63,787 nt of DNA, filler included, from Hyphochytrium catenoides (GCA_900088475.1; 15 parts of 15 records of this genome joined end to end with filler, not necessarily neighbours in it); one strand, 5' to 3'; counted from the first letter of the whole stretch, positions 39,612-50,628 are shown. The notes: generated from the sequence alone by a model not told the origin. Translations and numbers: made by a program.

Positions 39612-40591
39612 CTTCTCTTGTCCTCTCTTGAATGCTTTGAGCATCTTCCGATTTCTCCGATAGACGGGACAGAACGGCAATCAAGCTATCAGGCTTCTCC
39701 GCCGGTAGCGATGGCACTTTCCCGCAACGTGGCAAGGGGCCAACGTTCTCGTTCTCATTATCCTTCCAGTCATTCTGACTTTCCTGCGAGGGACTGACGC
39801 GAGAATAATGGGGGTCAATGACGGTTATGCGCTGTCTTGGGTGGTGCACCACCAGGCGTTGTTGAGATAACCCTTGGCAAACACCCAGTCACCAGAGACT
39901 TGTAATAAGATTCCCATGACTTCTGCGCTTTTGTGGCCCTTGAATGTTCTTGTCTGCCGTTCCTGTCGGCAGCTCTTCCACCAGTAGGGAATGGATAAGG
40001 CTCCTTTTCAGTCGATCGCGGAACGGGGTGTGAGCTTGGAAGGATGCCCAATTGTCCCAATGGGTCAAGATACGCTGGAACGTCTTTTGGAAAAAATGAC
40101 TGGGAAGGACCATTGGCTCGGTCGAAATATTAATAAGGACGTAAAGCAGACAGGCCCTGTTCCGCGACAAACTTATTTAATAGGAGCCATATCCATTATT
40201 CCCTACTGGTGGAAAAGCTACTGACTGGAACGTTAACGGCAGAGAAGAATATTCAACCAAGGGCCACAGAAGCGGAGAAGTCATGGGAATCTTATTACAA
40301 GTCTCTGGTGACTGAGTGATTGCTCGCCAAGGGTTGTTTCTCAACAACGCCGGGTGCACCCAAGAGACAGCGCATAACCGTCATGGACCCCGATTCTCGC
40401 GTCAGTCCCTCGCAGAAATGCCAGAATGACTGGAAGGATAATGAGAAGGAGAACATTGGCCCCTTGCCACTTTGCGGGGAAAAAAGGGCCATCGCTACCC
40501 GAGAAGCCTGATAGCTTGATTCGAGTTCTGTCCCGTCTATTATCGGAGAAATTGGAAGATGCACAAAGCGTTCAAGAAACGACAAGAGAAG
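39612..40591. repeat. ~1 kb imperfect inverted repeat (fold-back)
   Basis: Arm 39612-40028 is the reverse complement of arm 40155-40591, including a perfect 39-bp match (39886-39924 vs 40276-40314). Weaker inner pairing 40057-40066/40108-40116 closes a ~40-nt loop. Confidence 0.95.
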
Positions 40592-40764
40592 GCATTGTGG
40601 CACAGCTAGAGCGCAACAGCAAGCGGTCGGCCCTACTCAGATTGTTTTGGCCTCCACCACTCAGGAGGAGGCGAAGGGGCGATATGAATTACTTCTGGCT
40701 ATGGAGAATCTGGCTATGGAGAAAGAGGCATTGTGAAAGTGATCCTTAGGCATAATAAAACTAT

Positions 40765-41730
40765 CTACCCCTGCCCTCGCTGGCGGTAGATAAACGTGGT
40801 CAGTGCTCTGCCCAGCCGAATTCTTGCTTTAGGAAAATCAATATTATGATCTCGCCGTCTGTCACTAGTTCCCCTGACAGCTGCCCACTTCACGAGGTCA
40901 CCAATGATCTGCTCTACCTTCTTAACACGCCTTCTTCCCAGCCAACTATGGTGTGCAGCGCAATACTGTCTAATCACTTTAGCCCTTGGCTTGCTCACAC
41001 TGGCACAAGCTAGAGCGACTGCTGTCGCCTTGAACGGTGTCACGAAGATGTCATGCCCGTCCAGACCCTTATCCGCGCCAATTACATGCCCAGTCCCATC
41101 CAGGGTCCTCATTATAGGGGATCGAATGCTCCATTTACATCGGATGAGGCCCTCATAGTAACGCACGTAATCTGACGTACCCATTTCCGCTTCCTCTTCC
41201 GCCGATACAAACGAGCATAGCCTGAGGGCAGCATCAGACTTAGCATAACCAGAATAATAAACCTCGTCTAGAAGTCGGTCATCTGCAGGTGCGGGTATGT
41301 AGCAAAATGTGCAGTCGTACTACATACAGATCCTATTCCGATGCCCATGGAAGACAATTCCCGTTGCAGAACTCTTTTCCTACAACCAGTAGCTCATCTG
41401 TAGAAGGTTCATAGAGATATATTTCCTAAGAAACTTGGAAATTGTAAAGCCAGATAACCCCTGAAGCGCTCTCTCAGCGGAAGGGTTTGCCGCCGCAGGA
41501 CCGTCAGGAAGAGAAGCAAGCGCAAAGAAAACCAGGCATGGCTATGCTGAGCGTCGGACGGCTAGGTTCCTTTCAATCTTCGAAACTCAACCGCAGGGCA
41601 TTGAAAGACAAAATGTAGAGCTCATCAAACTCTCAAATCCATCCCGACTAGGTCCCTTGAGGAAAAGTATCAACTCATTATTAGCTTCTAGGTCAGTTTT
41701 TTGATAATTATATGCCGAATCGTTCGATCG
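40765..41730 (-). pseudogene. Decayed intronless ~320-codon reading frame, possibly an endogenous viral nucleoprotein-like element
   Basis: One frame has only 4 internal stops (41589, 41544, 41382, 41322) over 322 codons and includes ORF 41184-40765. The viral identity is an inference from motif spacing. Confidence 0.4.
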
Positions 41731-44700
41731 TCAGAGATCAGCTCAAAGAGAGAGCACTTCTTATTGAAACCTTCTTCGGTACGGAGAGAGTTGACAAAGA
41801 GGACACAGAACTGGTGAGTTTGTCTCCCAAACTCCTGGAGAGCTTGAAGACGAAGATGTATCTGCTTCAGAAGTAGGTCTTCCTTCCTCCAGTTCTATTG
41901 CCAAGAGCATAAAAAAGGACTTTAGGAGTGGCGCGTAGCAGACGAGACCATAGCGAAAGAATATTAAAAGAAGTACTATTATCTGCGGTGTCTTAACCAA
42001 CCTTTACTACTTCGCCCAATGGGCAGGTCATTTTCCCATGAAATGTCAGCTGTTCTCTAAACAAAATATGCGCAAGATGGTCTTCGTCGTTAAGAAGTCG
42101 GCCAAGTTCTTCACCTAGCCGAATCACTCTTCCAGAGAAGTGCACCGGGTAAGTTGTGTTATAGCCCTTCAACAAGCCCCTGCCTCTCGTGGCTAATGGG
42201 GCCTCCCAGACCAGAGGCTGCAAACAGAGTAGTAGCAACCATAGCCTTGTACGGTCCTAGAGTTGTTGCGTGCAAGCAAGCGAAGAGAGAAGTAGAGTCT
42301 TTTTATAACAAACTCTGTCGAAGCATGAACCTGCTTTTCCTCCTCAGCAGTTCCTTTTTCAATCTCTGAGAAGAAGGACCCAGCAGTCGCAGAGGAGGAG
42401 AAGGGCGACTGGAAGCAGTTCCTACGCTTTCGTTGAAGCCATCGACACCCATCATCTCATTCACCGAGATTACCGCCGTCGATTTGTTCATCGATCGACA
42501 TCTCATCTTCTATTTAGAGACCAGCAGCAGATTCTCTCCGCTGTGGTTCCCGCCTTGAATCTCTTGAACTTGTCCAAGTATAGATTTTGCAGTATGCTGG
42601 TCCTAGGTTGTCCCAAGGTGTGCAAACTCACCCAAAAGTCGAGGTGCAGCTGAAGGTGCTCAACCTGGGTGAGCACGTGAGCACGTGAGCACAACACCTC
42701 CTCCCAACTGAGCACACCCAAAGTAGCCGCTAAGGACGAGAACCTGTAGATGGGACACCTGTGCGCGCATAGGCGCTACAAAGACGACGATAATGATGAC
42801 ACAACTTTTGACGTACTGGAGCACCAAAATAGAGGGGCTAAGGGCCTGTGCCAAACAAGTTGGGAGATGCAAATGACACAACCCCACTGTAGAAGAATTC
42901 TATTAATTATTATTTATCCTTGCTTGTTGTGCGTCTTCTCAGACAAGAGAGTCCCTCCTGCTGCTACACAGCATTTGTATCACTGTTATTAGAACTACAT
43001 GTGATGATGAAAAAGACGCAGGTGCTCCTCCTCCTGGTAAGCTGACGAGGATAGATAATAAGAAGAAGAAAAAGACCGCCCGCCAAAGATTAATAGAGAA
43101 CGAGGTATGGTGTACGTCACAAGCTTGACTCATACTCCGTACAACAATGACACTGCTACCGAAGAAGAATAGTAGTGTATCGGCCCTACGGACGACTTCC
43201 CAAACATGCCGTCAGAAGCAACATGAGAGAGACGGCTATTATGGTGATGTTTACAGTAGAGCCGGCAGTGTCAAAGAGAAGGTCGAATAATGCACCTTTT
43301 TTTTATTGGCCGGCTCAAAGAAGCTCCTCACCTACTGACCGAGCGAGGAAGGAACCTCCTTCCTTTTTGGTTGTTGTTGTTGCCTCTTCTTCCCCCTTCT
43401 TCATCTTCTACAACGCTCATCATAACCACTGGACCGGCATCTTTATTATTGGAGGGTGGTGGTAGAACACTCACAACAACGTTTGACTCTCCTCCTCAGC
43501 TCCTCCTCCCTGCTTCGTCCCCGCTTCTTCTCCGTGTCACCTATGAGCTAATAAGGAACTTGGCGTGCCAAGAGAAGAGAAGGCAGCGTGCAGATGAGGC
43601 AATTCTTTCACAACCGAATGCACAACAACAACGTGACGACGTGATGATGAGTCGTCGGCGGCTGTGGTTCTGCTCTTCTTTTTCTCTTCTCTGGGAAAAA
43701 ACGGAACAGACGCCGCCACCGCCGTTCTGCTGTGGCCGTGCAGAAGCAGCCCGAATATCATTATAAGCATAATGGAGGCCTGCCCCCATACAGCCATCAA
43801 TAAAAAAAACTTCATTCTATAAGCAAGCAGCTGTAGCTTTTGGATGGGTGGTGCCGTGGTGCGAAGAATTTTTAGATTAAGAATACTGCGACTGTTGTGT
43901 GGAGGAGGAGCCACCAGCAGGTGTAGTAGTAGTAGGAGGCTTTGCAAGCAGCTCAGTCCAGAACAATGCCTCTTTGCGGGTATCAAGTGGCCTCCATAGT
44001 GGATCACCTGAACGAAGAGAAGCACTACTGTATCATACATGTCCATCCTTCACGAGATGGACTGATGACGATCCTCCTGGTCTTCTGCTGCTGAAGATCA
44101 CACATAACAACTAATAACTTCTAGTACTAGTTCTCCTGCTGGCTAATATCCTCCCTCATCAAATTGAACAGTTATTATTACACGACCCAAGCAAACTGTA
44201 CACACCGCCCTGCCCTTTCCTCTATTTCAGAATAGTAAAATATTTGGACGAGTGACACGACAACTACTAATCAACGAAGAATAGACTGTGAAGAACGATT
44301 TCAATCATCAGTTTGGTTGTCCACAAATACATCCGCTTGTTCTGTTAGCGGAAGTACAGAAGATCACTCTCCGATGCACCAGTAGTAGTAAGACCGATTG
44401 ACGACATGCAGCAGCTGGGGTTGCATGGAAAACTTGTTTGTGCAACTACTGCAGGGCCGCTAAGTCATCCCTTTTTTTGTTGCTTCGATCAGTGGCTAGG
44501 CTCATCATCCGCCCATCACAGCAAGCTGGGTTTACTATCAAGGAGAAGGTCTACTCGGGGCGGTGTTGTTGTGTGTTTGTAGCGACAGCTACTGCCGGGA
44601 AACGAACGATAACGCAAGCAGGAGATCATAGTAGGAGGTACGACTAACTACTGCTGCTGCAGCGCTGCTGCGATGGCCCTGAATAAATGACCGACGCCCA

Positions 44701-45049
44701 ACAAGGGCATCTACCTATAGTACCTAGCTCTTGAAAGGAGGCAGGAAGGGGGAAGGATGGAAAGAAGAGGATGCTGCCCTTTACCGGTGGTGGTCGACTC
44801 CTCGTACGGTCCGTCCTAGTCGCATAGGATAGGTGATCTCTCTTCAGAAGCCAACCTACCTCCTGACGTTTAAGCCTGTCAACCTGCTCAAACGAGAACC
44901 AGCGCAAAACAACCCTTGAAGGGTTATTAGTGTGCGTTTCTAATAACAGGGACTGATCTACGGTCAGTGATAATCCCTATCCCTTACAAGGGGTTGAGCT
45001 TTCTAACGGCTTTGACATATCCTCGTCCTCCCAACTTTTAGCTTCAAAT

Positions 45050-45268
45050 ATGCCGGGCAAGGGAGCTTCTTCCTCATCATCAGCAGCCAGAGGAGGAAAC
45101 CAGAGCAGAGGAGCTGCAGGAGGAGGAGGCAAGGCAGCAGCAGCACACCGCGCCAATCAACTAAATCCAAATAATCCCGCCTATAAGGCCGCCCAAGACC
45201 ACCGCGCAAAGCAATTGAACCCCAATAATTCTCTTTATCACAAGTGCCGTGGCGGCGAAAGGAAGTAG
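45050..45268 (+). CDS. 72-aa NQLNPNN-repeat microprotein
   Basis: Intronless ORF with AAATATG start context and two 17-aa repeats (HRANQLNPNNPAYKAAQ / HRAKQLNPNNSLYHKCRG). DNA differences in the core are largely synonymous. Confidence 0.75.
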   Translation: MPGKGASSSSSAARGGNQSRGAAGGGGKAAAAHRANQLNPNNPAYKAAQDHRAKQLNPNNSLYHKCRGGERK

Positions 45269-45686
45269 AGATATGGCTCGCTCCGGTCCTCCCTATAAAG
45301 AGTAACTCTTGTTGAGATAAGGGGCTAAGTAAGGAAGAATCATATCTGAGGTCTGACATCCTTCCTATGTTGAGCTTGCCTTTCGATTTATACTTCAACT
45401 GAGATAAATACGGTCCGACCTATTAGCAGCACTCCTGCATTATTGGTAGTCCAAACTGATGAAAGAAAGGCCTAGACTTGCTGTCAGTTCTCTCGACTCT
45501 CCGTGGCGTATCTTGAAACTCTATTGGGGTCTTTCCGTCTTCAAAGAAGGGAGACGTAGGATGATCTTCCCATACCGATCGATACTGGTGTCTGCCGGTC
45601 TTTCTAATAGTAGAAGAAGGACGGACCAATGACCTTTTTGCCAGGAAAGGAAATGAAGGTCTGTAGACTCATTATATACCCGCCCT

Positions 45687-46158
45687 TCACTCTTGTTGGA
45701 TATCCTTGTCTATCGGCTCTATAATAAACCACATTAGATCATTCTCAGCGTCATATGCTGCATCCCCTAGCTCTTCCTTTGCCTTTTCTACGGCCTTCTT
45801 CCCAGCTTCTGCAGCCGAGGCTTGAATAAGTTTGGCAGCACTTTGCATCCTAGCCGCCGAAGGAGAGAGCTTATACCCATTGCTTGGTTGCTGATCTCGC
45901 CGCCCATTTCTTCCCTCTTCACTAGGATCTCGAGTGTTGTCTGCACCTTCCATGGCCCGTGGGACTACGTCTGCGGCTTGTATCTTCGTCTTTTTCCTCC
46001 ATTTTTTGGTGAATACGAACAAGGATGTGGCCTTGTGTAAGCTCGCCTGGCCTTTCGTCGATTTGAACTCTAGGAAGTTCATATGTACCGTTCTTTCAAG
46101 GTGTAGAATGACCCTTGCCCACTGCAGAAGATACGAAGCCTCAGCCTTTTCTGAGAAG
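45687..46158 (-). CDS. C-terminus of a TRP-family cation channel (5' truncated)
   Basis: The frame is open from the contig edge: FSEKAEASYLLQWARVILHLERT matches the TRPV-type TRP-box helix (xLQWAxxILxLEx) and continues into ORF 46082-45687. Confidence 0.65.
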
Positions 46159-46258
46159 NNNNNNNNNNNNNNNNNNNNNNNNNNNNNNNNNNNNNNNNNN
46201 NNTTAATTAATTAANNNNNNNNNNNNNNNNNNNNNNNNNNNNNNNNNNNNNNNNNNNN

Positions 46259-46570
46259 AAACCACCAACAGTGAGCCTCGACCGGGAGTGGAATGTGCTG
46301 GCAACTCCGTCTGTTACCTGTTCGGTCGATGGTTGGGAATGGTTAGAAGGAGAGCAAGTCATTGCAGACGAGGAAAAGCAGAAGAAGAAGGAGAGCCCAT
46401 CCCAGCAGGATGATAAACGTACTCTGGGAAGTTCTTTATTGGATCTCAACAGCGCTCTGTGCTCTAGAATTGCGAGTATCAAGGAGGCGACGTGGGTGAA
46501 AGAGCTTGTGTCCCTCGTCTCAGAAAGCGCCGAAGAGTTCCAACAGTCATGCGGACCCAAGTCACGCTAA
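46259..46570 (+). CDS. Possible last exon(s) of an unknown gene
   Basis: Putative intron gtgagc...ggttag, then EGEQVIADEEKQ...LCSRIASIKEATWVKELVSLV...*, convergent with the Rab-like gene. Confidence 0.3.
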   Translation, partial: KPPTVSLDREWNVLATPSVTCSVDGWEWLEGEQVIADEEKQKKKESPSQQDDKRTLGSSLLDLNSALCSRIASIKEATWVKELVSLVSESAEEFQQSCGPKSR

Positions 46571-46837
46571 AGGAGGGATCACTCCATAAGCCTGCCGATG
46601 CTCTATTCAAGCAGTTGATCACTCTCATTCCTCCCGGTCGTCTTAACTCTCTGTTCAAAAGTCTGCAGAAAGGTTTGAAAAGACTGCGGTATTTCAGGCG
46701 GCAAGGACCATGAAAGAGATGTTACAGTCTTTCTTATTTATTGCACAAGGGCTGTGCCTGCAGAGCCCTATTAACCTAGTCATTCCAGTAATCTTGTTCC
46801 CTGTACACATTTACAACTAACTATGTAGTATATATAT

Positions 46838-48178
46838 TCACTGGCTTTGCCTAGCTTGACCTCCCTCGATAAGACTCCGCTTGTACTTCTCGTCGTTGAA
46901 AAGAAGGGGACCCAGACTGATGTCTACATAAGGGAAGTCAGGCAGACAGCAAAACTAAGTACAGAGGAGACGACTATGAAAGGGGCCAGTTTGAACGTTT
47001 AAGAGGGCACGTGGCGGACAGGAGGTAAGGCTCCAGGACTCTCCGCCCAGAGGAGGGAACTTACTGCGCTTGGACAAGAAAGGTGGTTCAGGACAGGATG
47101 GGATGGTAGCGCTCAGCGCCTTCATAATAGAGCGGAACATCTGCTGCACTCCCTCTCCCTAAACACCCCATTACGCAGTTCAATAGAGGAGGTTTGGCCG
47201 TCAAAAGGAAATTACAAGCTCACCGTCTGAGTATTGGTCTCAAAGTATTTCATTTCGTGCTTGCGACCAAAGCTTTCAGCCTAAGAAGCTGTTACTATTC
47301 AAGGGCAGCTGAGAGCGCAAGCACAATAATTGTCCTTCTGACCTGTTCTTGCAGGACCTCTCTCGTCTTTAGGGTTTCGTGACAGGTGTTACCGACCAAG
47401 ACCTGAATAAGACTGACTTAGCGCTCTTGTGTGCCACGAAGGCAATAATGCTCCTGCAGCTAATGTTGAAACGCAGACGAAACAAAGGGCTGCAAATGCA
47501 TGCTGTAAACGGAGTCAGCGCGGGCAATCGGCGAAGAGCGCGCGGAGCTCACTGAAGCAGCTGACCCACTCACCCGTGCAGCATTATTTGACGATGATAT
47601 ATCCCTGTGGCATCTGGTGATGCTGTCAAAGCTTCTATAGTTGTTCACTTTATCATGGGGTTTGCAATTAGGCTCCGAACAAACAATAGGACCTTGAGAG
47701 GATCAATTACCTCACCATCAAAGATAAACAGAGTGCAGGCTGCACCCGCGGCGAAGAAAGGAGCTAGCCTCAACCATCGTTCGTCTCCTGGACAGTCCCA
47801 GAACTACACCGAGAGAATACAGATGAGGCTTAGCATATGGGTAACATAGAAGTGTTATATCTCACCTCCACCCTGTAGATAAGGCCATTCACCTCATAGA
47901 ACTTCACCTGCGACAAAGGATCATCGCGGGAGTTGAGTCAGGAGACAAATATCCGTGCCGAGAAGAAAGACGGGAAAACGTAGTCGTACCCTCATCTCAA
48001 GTCCTAGTCCAGCTTTTGACTCAGTGGGGTTTATCAGGGTTGCTCGCTCCTCCTTAAGAAGTGAGGTCTTTCCAGTCCGCCTCTCTCCAATAAGGACCAT
48101 CTTGAGAGAGAGATGATAATCTCTCTCATCAGAGGCTCCATTTTGTGCCGTAGACTTTCGGCCTGGCTCACGGCTCAT
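46838..48178 (-). CDS. Divergent Rab-like small GTPase (8 exons, ~230 aa)
   Basis: Spliced product: DYHLSLKMVLIGERRTGKTSLL...LGLEMR/VKFYEVNGLIYRVE/FWDCPGDERW...LFIFD/VNNYRSFDSI.../VLVGNTCH...REV.../AESFGRKHEMKYFETNTQT/GEGVQQMF...QSQ*. Confidence 0.85.
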
Positions 48179-48916
48179 GTTACTGGTGGCTCCTCCAGAG
48201 CAAGTGCCTCTTCTTCGCAGGATTGGCAATTCAAAAATAGTAGAACAGCATTCTCACCGAGCAATACAAGTTTGATAGCATAGAAATGCCAGCAATAATT
48301 TTGCCGATGACCAGAAGAAGCCAACTTGGCTTCAGGAGGGCTCGGCCCCTTCAGAAATCTTTGGCAACTGGCAGATGCCCTGGCCGACACTCTGAGCGAG
48401 ATAATGAGGCGCTCCTCTCACAGCGACATCAGGGCCAGGACAGGAGCGCAAGCAGCCGTGGCGGTCTTGGAAGGATGAGATCACTCTGCCACCACCTCCG
48501 TCCAAGCTCTACTAACTCCATAGCCGAGGAAACTCTAGACGCGCCAGCGTGATCATTTGTGTCGGTTCGAATCTCCAAGGGGAGTACAGTAGTACAGCAG
48601 TCATATTCCGTATATAGGACCAAAATTGAAGAGTTATCGCGAATCGAGGATCACCCCACTCCTGGGGTTACTCTGGTGTGACTCACAGTCATCCATCCAC
48701 CAACCTCTATCATCACACCTGATTCCAGAGCTCTGTAATCTTCCGGTTTGAAGCTCTGTCAGAGGTCATCCATCGCCTGATGAAGCTTGTTGAGAAAGGA
48801 AGGTGTACGAGTGTCAGTGGGAGTAGCAGCTTACGATTCTCGATGCCCGTGGCGAGGGCGCTTCTCCGCAGCAAAGTGTGAATAGTTTGAAGGAACGCTG
48901 TTGTTTGCCTGGCAAT

Positions 48917-49410
48917 ATGCTCGTCAGACGGATCTTCGCAGGCCTTAGCAGCTTGGAAGCCAAATGGCAGAGTCTGATGCAGCCTTTTCTCCCAAGTCTG
49001 ACGAGATTTCAGAACCCAGGCTTCCAGCCTGCGCTAACAGGGCCCAATGGCTACATATTTGAGTTAGAGGAAGAGGAAGATAGTCGGTCTGCGACAACTA
49101 ATAACCTCTTTGACACAGCTTTGTGGTTCGCAGCCCCAAAGGGCAGGGTATGTTCCTCTCTATCTCTTTTCAGGTCCTCGGCGGTATGAGCTAACTTGCT
49201 TCCACTTTGCCTCAGACAACACACTCAAAGAAACGCATGCGCTTTGCTGGCAAATGGTTGAAGCCTGTGCACCACATTCAGCACTGTGAGCACTGCAATG
49301 AACCTGTTCTCCGTCATCGTTTGAGAATGTGCTGTGTAAAGCACCTCAGCGCAAAGAATAAGTTGGACGCTGCATCAACAGCAGACACCAAGGACTCCAA
49401 AAACGAATAA
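48917..49410 (+). CDS. MRPL32: Mitochondrial ribosomal protein L32 (bL32m)
   Basis: Exons 48917-49147 and 49216-49410: long presequence, then WFAAPKGR/TTHSKKRMR...CEHCNEPVLRHRL. Confidence 0.9.
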
Positions 49411-49677
49411 TCATGCACCTTAGAAGCATGCTCTTATCCAAACCATTCAAGATAACGGCTGCTAAAGAGATGTCAGCCATACCAGCAGATACAGGAAGCA
49501 CAGGTCGGACCAGAATTAAAGAATCTGGGAGCAGACCAGCCTCACATCAATAATGCTGAGTTTGGCCACCAGAGTACGGCTGACGTTAGTGTTAAAGTTA
49601 GCCTTTCCCCTTACCGTATCTTATTTACTTTTCTCTCTTTTAACATTGATGGCTAACAATATGCACNNNNNNNNNNN

Positions 49678-50093
49678 GCTCTCACGAGGATGCTTGCATT
49701 TCTTGTTGCCCATACAGTAACCGATGCCGTACTTCCAGGGCTCCACGTACCCAAAGAGAAACCCAGACACGACCTCTTTGTGTGTCTTGATGAGTTCGCA
49801 CATTTTCTTAATGCGCGGGTCCTTGGTCTTGGCGCAATACTTGTTGACGACGTCCCATACATGGTGCATGATCGTGGAGATTGCATGATGAATGCAATCC
49901 TTGCACTTTTTGCCCTTGTCATCGCCTACTAGGCCTAGAGCCGCGTCATCCCGGGTGGCGATGGCCTGCATGGTGTCTTCTGCCGCTAGAGCAAGGAACT
50001 CCTTCATGGTAGATGGAATGACGTCTTCCTCAAGGTCCACTAGCGCTGTAGCGTTAATGCCACTCTTGCATTCTCCATGACCGCAGCAATAGG
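49678..50093 (-). CDS. Saposin-like (SAPLIP) multidomain protein, last exon
   Basis: Six-Cys pattern CKDC...YC...MC...YCMGNKKC, preceded by the end of an earlier domain (YCCGHGEC). The stop is probably in the small N gap. Confidence 0.65.
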
Positions 50094-50338
50094 CTACAGA
50101 GGAACTCATGTGAGGTAGGGTTCACACGCGGTGAGAGGACCGATATAGAAAAGATAAAGAGATTAAGGAATAATGGGACAGACCCATGGAAGGCAGACGG
50201 AACTTAAACGAGAGCGATATGACTGACATGCGCCAAGANNNNNNNNNNNNNNNNNNNNNNNNNNNNNNNNNNNNNNNNNNNNTTAATTAATTAANNNNNN
50301 NNNNNNNNNNNNNNNNNNNNNNNNNNNNNNNNNNNNNN

Positions 50339-50584
50339 TTGTATGAGATATCTCCAGACCTCCGCCTCGGGCAAAGGACTTTGTCGCCCAATACAAACAG
50401 CAGAAAGCAGTGAAAAACCAACAATGCGAGAGAGAGAGAAGAGAGAGAAGAGAGAGAAAGAGAGAGAGAAGATGCGTAAGAGAGAGAGAGAGAGGGGTAG
50501 GGGCGACGCAGAGACAGGGATATCATGTCGATGATGAAGCTTGTAGGAGAAGATGGAAGCAGAGAGAGAGAAAAAGACAGAGAC

Positions 50585-50628
<44 letters not shown>

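Noticed and set aside
41480-41880. Open plus-strand frames (AKKTRHGYAERR...)
   Set aside because: They are largely the mirror frame of the long minus-strand frame, with no recognisable motif.
42669-42692. GTGAGCAC x3 containing CACGTG E-boxes
   Set aside because: A short slippage repeat with no evidence of a regulated gene nearby. Similar local duplications occur at 40694-40723, 51451-51484 and 23551-23650.
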